A DNA stretch of 63,793 nucleotides, filler included, from Octopus bimaculoides (Eukaryota), in NCBI RefSeq assembly GCF_001194135.2. It is 6 parts of 6 records of this genome, joined end to end, with 100 filler letters (N's around TTAATTAATTAA, not from the genome) between each part and the next. Parts side by side here need not be neighbours in the genome. Positions count along the whole stretch, not along the records: positions 1 to 12,388 come from NC_068983.1; 5 more parts are not named here. One strand, 5' to 3'. Position numbers and translations under genes: made by a program. Position 1 is the first letter of the stretch. Each line of letters starts with the position of its first letter. The notes beneath the pieces were generated by a model. The model saw nothing but the letters and a program-made list of their open reading frames with translations, ran no database searches and had not been told where the DNA came from. This document shows positions 1 to 10,258 of the stretch, in pieces.

Positions 1-71
<71 letters not shown>

Positions 72-216
72 TAGATATATATACACATATATATACATAC
101 ATATATATACATATATATATAGAGAGAGAGGGGGGAGCTGCATGCATCATGTACATGTATATGTATATGCAAACGATGCAGTAGCAGCAGCAGCAGCAGT
201 AGCAGTACACATGTGT

Positions 217-446
217 TTATTCAAGTTGTATCACCACTGAGCTGTACCTCATAATAGCTCTCACTGCCATAGCTGTAGCTGATGTGTTACCACAACTGAG
301 CTGGAAGCTGCTTTGCATGTCAGCATCTGAGCTGCTGGGAAAAGCAGGTATTTGAAATTTTGGAAGTAGCAAGTTTGTTGCTGTAGTGATGGTATACAAA
401 ACTAGTCTGCTGTCTGTGTCATAGCTAAACAAGTGACTGGATATAC
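217..446 (-). other. Possible terminal coding exon (unidentified)
   Basis: 76 open codons (ISSHLFSYDTDSRL...VVIQLE*) after an acceptor-like ttatattaacag; no family recognised. Confidence 0.22.
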
Positions 447-594
447 CTGTTAATATAACTTGGTGCTAAACGTTAATTAAATAGCTGATGTAATACCACT
501 ACTGTTTCTTCTTTTATCATGTTAGCTGCTGCTACAGACAATGAATAAGAATGCTAAATGACTGGTAGAGAGTAATATATTCAATAATACACAA

Positions 595-758
595 GCATAG
601 GAGTGTCTGTGTGGTAAGTAGCTTGCTTACCAACCACATGGTTCTGGGTTCAGTCCCACTGCGTGGCACCTTGGACAAGTGTTTTCTACTATAGCCTCGG
701 GCTGACCAAAGCTTTGTGAGTGGATTTGGTAGACGGAAACTGGAAGAAGCCCATCGTA
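595..758 (+). mobile_element. SINE family A, tRNA-like head plus CORE-like segment
   Basis: gtggtaagtagcttgcttaccaaccacatggttctgggttcagtccc...ccttggacaagtg...gaagccc; many copies in window; runs into (TA)n. Confidence 0.85.
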
Positions 759-768
759 TATATGTATG

Positions 769-801
<33 letters not shown>

Positions 802-1034
802 NNNNNNNNNNNNNNNNNNNNNNNNNNNNNNNNNNNNNNNNNNNNNNNNNNNNNNNNNNNNNNNNNNNNNNNNNNNNNNNNNNNNNNNNNNNNNNNNNNN
901 NNNNNNNNNNNNNNNNNNNNNNNGGGCTTGGTAAAAATTATTAATTGTTGATTTATTAATAAATTAATAAATTGATAAATCTTTACCCTTTTAATTTGTA
1001 AAGTTTATATATATATATATATATATATTCATAT

Positions 1035-1255
1035 GTGTGTGTGTGTTTGTGTGTCTGTGTTTGTCCCCCCAACATCACTTGACAACCAATGCTGGTGTGT
1101 TTACGTCCCTGTAACTTAGTGGTTTGGTAAAAGAGACTGATAGAATAAGTACTAGGCTTACAAAGAATAAGTCCTGGGGTCGATTTGCTTGATTAAAGGC
1201 AGTACTCCAGCATGGCCGCAGTCAAATGACTGAAACAAGTAAAAGAAAAAAAAAG
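1035..1255 (+). mobile_element. SINE family A, 3' tail
   Basis: gtgtttgtccccccaacatc...gcatggccgcagtcaaatgactgaaacaagtaaaag, matches tails at 6110-6330 and 51830-52035. Confidence 0.85.
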
Positions 1256-1379
1256 AAAAGACACAAACCACAATAGATACAGGTGTTGCTGTGAGGGGTG
1301 AGTAAGAAGCTTACTTCCCGACCACATGGTCTTAGGTTCTGTCCCACTGAGTGACACCTTGGTCAAGTGTCTTCTACAT

Positions 1380-1660
1380 TATTTACATTATTTATATTTG
1401 ACAGATATTTGTCCTCATCTTGTTTGTTGTTAGTACAATATTTTGGCTGATATACCCTCCAGCCTTCATCAGGGGAAATATCCAATGTGGTTTCTCATTC
1501 CTAAGGTATTTTTTGATGCTGTTATAAATATTATTATTATTGTGTAGTTTTTTTTTTCTTCTTTCTTCAAATTTTCTTCCATTTCTTGCCGAGTGTTTTC
1601 CATACACCTAGGGCAGAGAAGCTCACTGTATGCATTCCCAATTTAAACATACAAATTCAC
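1380..1660 (-). mobile_element. Penelope-type 3' segment with decayed hammerhead motif
   Basis: Minus strand reads CTGATGA A GGCTG gagggtatat CAGCC AAAATATT (expected GAAACGTT). Confidence 0.6.
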
Positions 1661-1817
1661 AGGTAAAATATGTATTTAAAAAAATTAATAAATAAATAAA
1701 TTCATGAATGGATGTTGTTTACTCAGCGATAATGCTCTTCTCAGTACATGAGTCGTTCCAGTTAACAGAATTTTTTACACTTCCTATTATTATTATTATT
1801 AGTAGTAGTAGTATTAG

Positions 1818-1895
1818 TATTCAGGTCACTGCCTTGAATTGAACTCAGAAACTTGGGGTTAGTAGCCCAAGCTCTTAATCACTATGCCATATGCC
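1818..1895 (-). mobile_element. tRNA-derived SINE head
   Basis: ggcatatggcatagtgattaagagc...gagttcaattc: A-box and B-box-like, followed by (AAT)n. Confidence 0.7.
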
Positions 1896-2159
1896 AACTA
1901 ATTATTTGTGGGTAGGATTTGGTAGGCGGAAATTAAAAGACTAAAGTGACTTTGTAAGTCAAAGAGTCTTTGAGAGGGGAAGGAGCATTGGAAGGGGGGG
2001 GATCTTGTGCCAGATGATGAAAGATTAGAGTGTGACAGAGAGACAGAAGCAGATGTCTTGCTGTAGAAGTGGTCGATGGTTACTCAGCCAGAGAGAGGGA
2101 GAGAGAGAGAGAGGAAGAGAAAGAGAGTGAGAGTTAACAAGAAACAGTTACCTAGAGAG

Positions 2160-2312
2160 AGCGAGTTCAAATTCTGTCAAGGTTGAGTTTGCCTTTCACC
2201 ATTTCAGAGTCGATAAAATAAGTACCAGTTGAACACTGGGGTCGATGTAATCAACTTAACTACCCCCTCTAAAGTTGCTGGCCTTGTGCCAGAATTTGAA
2301 ACCAGTACAGTC
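2160..2312 (+). mobile_element. SINE family C fragment
   Basis: gagttcaaattctgtcaaggttgagtttgcctttcacc...gataaaataagtaccagttgaacactggggtcgatg. Confidence 0.8.
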
Positions 2313-2344
2313 TTCTACTTAACATGATTTGCTTAGATTTGCTT

Positions 2345-2830
2345 AGATTTGCTACATGATCATACCAGACTATAATTGAACTTCTCAAAATATTCTTAAG
2401 CTAAAGAACAAGATAAATTTACCTCGGAGAGATGAATTTGTATGAATTACTTTTTATATCACTCGTATTGAGAAAGAATACTAAATTTTCAAGATATTTT
2501 TCAATTAACATTTGGACAGAGTGTTATAAAATGTTCTGGAGTTTAAAAAAGAAATTCAATTAATCTGGAATCACAATCTTAAATATAAATAATCAAAAGC
2601 CATAGGCATATTCCATGCAACTTCAATAGTTTGTAGAAACTGAATATAGAGGAAGAAGGAAGAACTCAGCAAACTAGGATTTTCACTGTGGTATCAGAGT
2701 TTAAATCTAATTTAGCATCATTGAGGTTTTCATAAATATTCAATAGAAAATGTTAATGCACTCAAAGTAAATTACAACAGACAATGAATAATTTTTCGAG
2801 ATAAAATTGGGTTTAGTAAAGAAAACTTAA
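2345..2830 (+). pseudogene. Old CR1/L2-like LINE C-terminal remnant
   Basis: Broken frames read IWNHNLK and EELSKLGFSLWYQSLNLI, resembling the CR1 WNP.L...YEERL..LGLFSL..RRL..DLI motif. Confidence 0.4.
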
Positions 2831-3270
2831 CATAGTTTTATTTTTAACAGGATGTATAGTAATATACTACTAATGTTAGGGAAATCACAACATACATAAA
2901 CATCTGGTCTTATTAATTGTTGAATAGAGAAAGCACTGATGACAAAGATTCTATGTTTGTAATGGAATCTAATAAAAGATTACTTTCTATGCTACCAAGT
3001 GTTCAACAGACGCCACTGTCATTACTGGCTGTTGCTGCTTAACTCTGGGTCAATCTTAATTCAGTAACATATAATTAAAAGTATTTCAGCTCTGACAACA
3101 CATCCTTTTGGGGCCATCAAGGACTATTTTAGCTAATGTATTGTTTCTTTCATTTTTTTTTTTAAACGATGGGGTATGCTTTGAGGAAAATTTAGCTGCT
3201 ATTTCTAATTTGGCTGCTAGTTGTGCTACCAGGTAGAGATTTCTTTGTTATCATTATTTGAGTCACTTAA

Positions 3271-3776
3271 GGTGGTGAGCTGGCAGAATCATTTGAACGT
3301 CAGGTGAAATGCTTAGTGGTATTTCGTCTGCCACTATGTGCTGAGTTCAAATTCTGCAGAGGTCGACTTTGCCTTTCATCCTTTCATCATCGTCATCATC
3401 ATCATCGTCATCATCATCATCGTCATCATCATCATCGTCATCATCCTCATCGTTTAACGTCCACCTTACATGCTAGCATGGTTTGGATGATTTGACTGTG
3501 GACTGGTGAACCAGATGGCTGCACCAGGCTCCAATCTGATCTGGCAGAGTTTCTACAGCTGGATGCCCTTCCTAACGCCAACCACTCTGAGAGTGTAGTG
3601 GGTGCTTTTACGTACCACCGGCTCGAGGGCCAGTCAGGCGGTACTGGCAACGGCCACGCTCAAAATGGGGTTTTTTACGTGCCACCTGAGGTCGATAAAT
3701 TAAGTAGCAGTTACGCACTGGGGTCACTGTAATCGACTTAATGTTTAGCCCTTTGTGGGCAATAAAGAAATAAGAA
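3271..3776 (+). mobile_element. SINE family C interrupted by a family D insertion
   Basis: Head 3271-3385 ends gcctttcatcctttc and resumes at 3688 with gaggtcgataaattaag. Confidence 0.85.
3386..3687 (-). mobile_element. Family D (GAT)n-tailed interspersed repeat
   Basis: (CAT)n then cgtttaacgtcc...ctggatgcccttcctaacgccaacc, one hairpin module. Confidence 0.8.
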
Positions 3777-3821
3777 TCATTAGTACAACTGGAAAAATAT
3801 GGCATTTGCTTCATCTTTTCA

Positions 3822-3968
3822 TTTTGAGTTCAAATTCTGCCAAGGTTGACTTTGCCTTTCATCCTCACGGAGTTTGATAAAATAAGGATCAGTGGGGCAC
3901 CAGGGTTGATGTGTTCAACATATTCCCTCCCCATGAAATTGCAGGCCTTGTGCCAAAATTTGAAATAA
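3822..3968 (+). mobile_element. SINE family C fragment
   Basis: gagttcaaattctgccaaggttgactttgcctttcatcc. Confidence 0.75.
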
Positions 3969-4029
3969 TCATTATTTAAGTCATTAAGAATGACAATGAT
4001 CAGCAGAATCATTAGAGCTTTAGTAAAAA

Positions 4030-4110
4030 AAAAAATATCTTGCAGTGAATCTTACCAAAAAATATCTTGCAGTGAATCTTACCAAAAAATATCTTGCAGT
4101 GAATCTTACC
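4030..4110. repeat. Perfect 27-bp tandem repeat x3 inside a decayed family C SINE
   Basis: aaaaaatatcttgcagtgaatcttacc x3. Confidence 0.95.
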
Positions 4111-4499
4111 AAGGTCAACTTCATCTTTCATCACCCTAGAGCTGATAAACAGAAGATATGAATAAAGAAAAAGAATATGGAATAACAAGGGAGTGACACC
4201 CATCCAACAGGTCTGTACTTCATATCCTGTGTTGAGTATTTATATATTGATTCAGTGTGAAGAGATGGATGGTGCCAATGACCTTTGTTCCTATGACCTC
4301 TTGAGGTTAGTTACATAAACAAGGTTAATATTTCTTGTGAATGGTTGTAAGTGTAGAAGATGACTGGGTGTGTCAGTTTCAATAACAATAATTAGGCATG
4401 GCTGACTGGACATTCAGCCTGTTTTGACAACTGCATGTTTTGGTACTGGAGGGGAACACAGACACATGCATGTGCATGCAGATATACACATATATAAAT

Positions 4500-4501
4500 A
4501 G

Positions 4502-4548
<47 letters not shown>

Positions 4549-5030
4549 GAGATGAAGAGAGATGAAGAGAGAGGGAGAGATGAAGAGAGATGAAGAGAGA
4601 TGAAGAGAGATGAAGAGAGATGAAGAGAGAGGGACAGTGAGACAGAAAGAATGAGAGAGAGATGAAGAGAAGGGGAGAGAGGTATTACAAATTCATGCGA
4701 ACATAACCAGATGCTCACACACTGAGAGAGAAAGAGAGAGAGGGGAGAAAGAGAGAGAGGGTGAGAAAGAGAGAGAGGGGAGAAAGAGAGAGAAGGGGGA
4801 AAGAGAGAGAGGGGAAAGAGAGAGAGAGGGGGAAAGAGAGAGAGAGGAGGGGAAAAGAGAGAGAGGGGGGAAAGAGAGAGAGGAGGAAAGAGAGAGAGAG
4901 ATGCGGTAAAGAGAGAGGGGGTGAAGAGAGAGAGAGGGGGAGAAAGACAGACACAGACAGACAGACACACAGACAGTCACACAGACAGTCAGATAGACAG
5001 ACAGAGGGAGGTAGGGAGGGGGAAGGAGAA
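4500..5030. repeat. GA-rich microsatellite/minisatellite
   Basis: (GA)n, (gatgaagaga)n, gggaaagagagagag units. Confidence 0.95.
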
Positions 5031-5542
5031 ACCTGAGAGGATCGTTAAAATGTCTGATGTCAGCATTGAATCTGTGATGCCAAAGAGGCGGCACCCAAAT
5101 GCCTGTGCCAAAGCATCTCACTCCCTTGTAGGTCCAATGACAGCAGGAAATCATGTCATATGGGAGAAAGAATTCCAGAGAGCTAACATCCTGGTGAAAT
5201 AAGGAATGGACGTAGGGGGTAGTACAGGGTTTAGCAGAGGGTGATCAGGGTGGGTAGAGGGATAAATGAGTTGAGAGTACCTGAGAGGAGGAGATGGTAT
5301 AAGAACAACCAAATCAGAGGATCAGAGGGCACTGTAGGGGAGATAGATAAATGCTGGAGTGCATGGTTGACTGACTTTATGCTAATAAATCACATGACCA
5401 ATCTTTGGGGGTGGTCTTGGACAGGGCCAAATCAAAACCCATAGAGGCCCTTAGCATTTAAAAGACTTTGGTGTCCCCATGTGTTTATAATTCAAAACAT
5501 AAACAATGATAAACCTAAAAATAAATTTTTGTTTTTCATAAT

Positions 5543-5753
5543 CGTTTCTATTCTAGACACAAGGCCCAAAATTTTTGGGGAGGGGACCAGTCGATTAGAT
5601 CGACTAAGTACACAACTGGTACTCATTTGATCAACCCCCAAAGGATGAAAGGCAAAATCAACCTTGGCAGAATTTGAACTCAGAACATAAAAACAGATGA
5701 AATACCACTAAGCATTTCTCCCAGTATGCTAACGTTTCTGCCAGATCACCACC
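5543..5753 (-). mobile_element. SINE family C with 16-bp target-site duplication
   Basis: TSD ttttgtttttcataat at 5527-5542 and 5754-5769. Confidence 0.9.
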
Positions 5754-5932
5754 TTTTGTTTTTCATAATGAAATAAAACTAACAATAAGATGGAAAATAA
5801 TGATTATTTTTGTATTCTCCCACTTTAATTGTATTTGAAAAGTTTTCTCTATTTTTAATTGCAAAGTCTTTCATCAAATCCTCACTATGACGCTATGAAA
5901 AATTTGAAATTATATTTCTAATAATATAAAGA

Positions 5933-6330
5933 GGCTGTGTAGTAAGTAGCTCGCTTACCAGCCATGTGGTTCCGGGTTCAGTCCCACTGCATGGCACTTT
6001 GGGCAAGTGTCTTCTACAATAGCCTCAGGCTGACCAAAGCCTTGTGAGTGGATTTGGTAGACGGAAACTGAAAGAAGCCCATCGTATATATGTATATGTA
6101 TATATATATATGTGTGTTTGTGTGTTTGTGTTTGTCCTCCCCAACCCAACATCGCTTGACAGCCAATGCTGGTGTGTTTATGTCCCCATAACTTAGTGGT
6201 TCAGCAAAAGAGACCGATATAATAAGTACTAGGCTTACAAAGAATAAGTCCTGGAGTCGATTTGCTCGACTAAATGCAGTGCTCTAGCATGGCCGCAGTC
6301 AAATGACTGCAACAAGTAAAAGAGTAAAAG
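5933..6330 (+). mobile_element. SINE family A, full length
   Basis: Head, internal (TA)/(TG)n, tail ending gtaaaagagtaaaag. Confidence 0.9.
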
Positions 6331-7566
6331 CGTAAGTCTAAAGTAATTTCTTTTGTCCCATAGACCATTTACTATTTATGGAGTTACCCTCTTCCCTTGA
6401 TGCCCTAAGCACTTGTGTTTTTTTTTTGTTTGATGGTCAATCCAGTACTGGTCAAGGATATGTGTGTGGGGGGGGGGGAAGTAGCACTGTCCCAAATGAG
6501 GGAGCAGTAATGCCATTGTGGGTCATCTGAGACTTACAGAAGTTTAGTAATTGTTGAGGGCTGAAATCTTTCAAGGGTCAGAGGAAGACCAGTCTTCGTG
6601 GTGAAGTCTTTGCTATGTCGAAGAAGTCTAGTCACCAGGAATTATGCATTAATGGTGAGGTATAGAAGCTGTAGTGAACGACATGGTCCAAGGCGTAATG
6701 TGTTGTTGATGCTCACGTGGTTGAGGTACAATAATATTTTCTTCATATGTGCAGTGAATATGTGCTTTTATTATTGCAAGAGGAGAAGTGCAGGCATGAT
6801 GCTGGTATTGTGATGTCGTTGAAATCATTCAGTAGACATTTTGTTGAGGATGTCCAGTAAGACTGAAACAAAACCAGAGTTGTCACCATGGTTACCAAAC
6901 ACTGTGCAACCAATTCCCCTGCTTCTTCAACTTATCTCTATTTAAATTTCGGTTGATTGGAATTTCAGGATTCTCTCCTTTGATACTTTTAAGAATACTT
7001 TTCATTAACCTTAATTACTTTCCTTCTCATTAAGGTTCCAGGTGCAATTAACAGAAAATTATTTTTAGCTCACTATCTCAATATCTCAAGTGTCATAGTA
7101 TAAACTAATCAGTCCTCTTAATGTTATCATATGCATTAATTATACATAGACGTATGTAAAAGTAATTACTCTTTACTAAAGGTTCAAAAGACAGCAAATT
7201 TTGGTTCACAGAGTGATAAGTTTAAATGTTGATATTAAAGAGAACAGCAATCACAAATGTGACAATGTATAATCTTTTAACTGAGAAATGAGACATTCTG
7301 GATCTGTACAAGAATTTGTATTCCAAGTTTGGTTATGTAGAAAATTGCTGATCAAGTTGAAAGGAATAGGGAGCCATGATTATTTACTTAAAGAGAAGAA
7401 GCCAAAAGAGGGTATGATACCATAAAAGTAAAAAAAGGAAATTGTATACAATGTTTTATGTAGGCACAGGTGTAGCTGTGTGGTTAAGAAGTTTGTTTCT
7501 AAACCATGTGATCTCAGGTTCAATCCCACTGTGTGGTACTATAAGCAGATACCGTCTACTATGCCC

Positions 7567-8141
7567 ATCACTCCTGAATGGGATTTGAGGTGAGTTATCT
7601 CACCAGTCTATGATTTTCAGGTGTTTTAACACCCAGTGCTTTGAGGGAGTCATCCCTGCTGTGCTAAATCGCAGCCTACCAGCAAACAAGCTAAGCTCAT
7701 ACATCGTGTATGTGTGCTCAATAATGTTTACAATATTAGAGCTGTTTCTAATTCATATTCAAATTTACTCTTACATATACATCATCATGACATACCAGCA
7801 AATGGGTTTTTACACTATTTGCATATAGCCATGAACTGGTGATTCAGTTCGTATCCTATTCAATTCTGGGACCTAATGTTAATAAGCCAACGTGTTGCAA
7901 TATCGATGTCTATCACTCCTAAATGGTATTTGGGACAATTTATCTCACCTGTCTAAGACTTTCAGGTGTTCTAACATCAATTACTTTGAGGGAGTCATAC
8001 CCACCACGCTCAGTCACAGCCTACTGGTGAACAAGTGAAACACATGCCTTTAGTATGTGTGGTTGATAATGTTTACAACACTAGCACCGCTTCTGACTTT
8101 TATTTGAATATATATATCTTAACACCACTACATCACATATG
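7567..8141. repeat. Degenerate ~230-bp direct repeat, period ~345 bp
   Basis: atcactcct.aatgg...ttatctcacc.gtcta.ga.tttcaggtgtt.taaca...ctttgagggagtcat at 7567 and 7912. Confidence 0.8.
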
Positions 8142-8469
8142 AAAAACGACATTGCTTAAATGGCAGCCATTTTCAGCTTTGTATGCCTGCAGTCTGTCCC
8201 AAACTTGCACCCTCAAGAGTTTCAGACCCCACTTCTCAGATTTCTCTATTGATGTTCTCCTTCAGTTGCACCGGGGTTTCTTGTTTGTTGACACAAGCCC
8301 TCTCTTTCAGGTATCACCAAAAGAAAAACTCTAGGCCAATCAAGACCGGGGAGCATGAAGGCCAGTTGACATTGCCGTAGCGGGAGAATATTCTCTCTCC
8401 AAAGCACTGCCATATCAACTACATTGTTTCTCTTGCAGTATGAGCAGTTGCCCTATCATGCTGGAACCA
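8136..8469 (-). pseudogene. Tc1/mariner transposase C-terminal remnant
   Basis: WFQHDRATAHTARETM*LIWQCFGERIFSRYGNVNWPSCSPVLIGLEFFFW*YLKERACVNKQET. Confidence 0.85.
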
Positions 8470-8483
8470 TGTATGAGGTCTAC

Positions 8484-8570
8484 TTTCACATTCCCCAGAC
8501 TTGACTAGCCTGGAGATTTTCTTGTGGGGATACCTGAAAGAGAGGGTTTACATCAACAAACCAGAGACCC
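8484..8570 (+). pseudogene. Second, inverted fragment of the same transposase region
   Basis: SPDLT..FFLWGYLKERVYINKPET motif. Confidence 0.8.
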
Positions 8571-8599
8571 ATATATATATATGCAATGATTGTATATAC

Positions 8600-8790
8600 A
8601 ATTATTTCACCGTGCTGATATCTACAAGTGTTTTTTTCATTCTCTCTCTCTGTTTATTTTCTCTTATTCCTTTTTGCTGAAGAGCATAGACTCGAAACGT
8701 AAATGACTCTTTCATTTTTCCTGAACATCAAACTAATACACTTGCTTGTTTTTCTTACATCTGTCTTTGTTTTTTTCTATAAATTTCAAC
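8600..8790 (+). mobile_element. Short Penelope-type unit with decayed hammerhead, flanked by (TA)n
   Basis: cttt TTGCTGA A GAGC ata GACTC GAAAC GTA aatg at 8670-8705. Confidence 0.6.
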
Positions 8791-8807
8791 TATATATATA
8801 TATATAT

Positions 8808-8893
<86 letters not shown>

Positions 8894-8898
8894 GTGGG

Positions 8899-8953
<55 letters not shown>

Positions 8954-8975
8954 ATAAATAAATAGATAGATAAAA
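8791..8975. repeat. (TA)n/(GATA)n microsatellite
   Basis: Direct reading. Confidence 0.97.
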
Positions 8976-9225
8976 CTTACTTGGGAAAGGATGCATGGCG
9001 TTCAATTATATAATTAATAATATAAATAATATATAAACATATTGCATATATCCATACATATATGTACATACCTACATCTATATGTATACATACATGCATA
9101 TATGGGTACAGGACATCACAAAAAACATGAAACACAATGAGAAATGTAAACATAAAAATGAAAACAAAAAACGAACTTTTTTGGAACAACGAAAAAAAAC
9201 GAACAGAGAAACAAGACATGCAACA

Positions 9226-9370
9226 TGGGCTTCTTTCAGTTTCTGTCAACCAAATCTACCCACAAGGCTTTGCTATTGTAGAAGGTCTTATCCAAAGTGC
9301 CATATGGTAGTAATGAACTAAAAACCAGCCAGTTGGAAACAAGCTTCTCAACCACAACAGCCACAGCTAC
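9226..9370 (-). mobile_element. SINE family A head, decayed
   Basis: gggcttctttcagtttctgtcaaccaaatctacccacaaggctttg. Confidence 0.7.
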
Positions 9371-10165
9371 ACTTATAATATAAATAATAATAAAAAAGTG
9401 GGATTGCTCATTAAATTAATGGATGTCATTTGAATATTAACTCCTGAGTTAGTTACATAATTATGATGATTTTCACCTTAAATATAATATCCTTTTCACT
9501 GACTTTAACAACATGTCTCTATTAGGAGCAAAAATATTTTGATTATTCAATTTTATTTGTTAAGAAGAATATAACTTATTGAATATGTTTTAGCCTTATG
9601 ATGTTTCATAAAAGAATATTAAGACAATGCTATGTTTCTTTTGTAATTTTATTCTCATATTGACATGTCACAAAAGCTATTAAATGACGATAACTGATAA
9701 CATCAGTGGAAATTCCTGACTTTCCATTGATAAATAAATCTTTCTGCTTTTCTATTAATATATAATTGCTAGCATGATGCTTTCATTGATACATCACATA
9801 AAAAGGCTTCATTAATTATCTTTGCTTGTAAGTAAAATCATTTAAGACAGATATTTGATTATATTATTTAACAATCATATCATCATGCTTGGATTTATGA
9901 TTGATTCTCTTTTCCTTCTTTCTTTCTTTCTTTATTTATTTATTTATTTTGCTTTTTTTGTTGTTGTTGTTGTCTTTTTTCTTTTATCACAGCAAGCAAA
10001 ACAAAGGATTCAGAAATTTAATAATGGCCAATTGAGAAATTATCTTTTCAGTTTGTAATTTATTACCAGTGTGCTTTTCAAAATATATTACAGCACAGTC
10101 AGAGTAGTTGATGGGGAAGTTGATGACAGCGACAAGGATAATGATGGCAATGACAAGCATTGGAG

Positions 10166-10181
10166 ATGATGATGATGATGC

Positions 10182-10220
<39 letters not shown>

Positions 10221-10258
10221 CGACGACGACGACGACGATGACAACGACGACGACGACG
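10166..10258. repeat. (GAT)n/(GAC)n microsatellite before a gap
   Basis: Direct reading. Confidence 0.97.

Larger units (their letters stand above)
5422..6450. mobile_element. hAT-like MITE carrying two nested SINEs
   Basis: Ends cagggccaaatc.../...atggtcaatccagtactg; 8-bp flanks gtcttgga (5414-5421) and gtcaagga (6451-6458) match 6/8. Confidence 0.55.

Noticed and set aside
2637-2740. Exon-like frame KLNIEEEGRTQQTRIFTVVSEF
   Set aside because: An overlapping frame matches a CR1-type C-terminal motif, so it is better explained as LINE debris
4030-4110. CRISPR-like direct repeats
   Set aside because: Units are contiguous with no spacers; eukaryotic context; no cas genes
7287-7424. 45-aa ORF MRHSGSVQEF...RKLLIKLKGIG
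   Set aside because: Resembles the CR1 RT segment H.KLL.KL...GI; decayed LINE fragment
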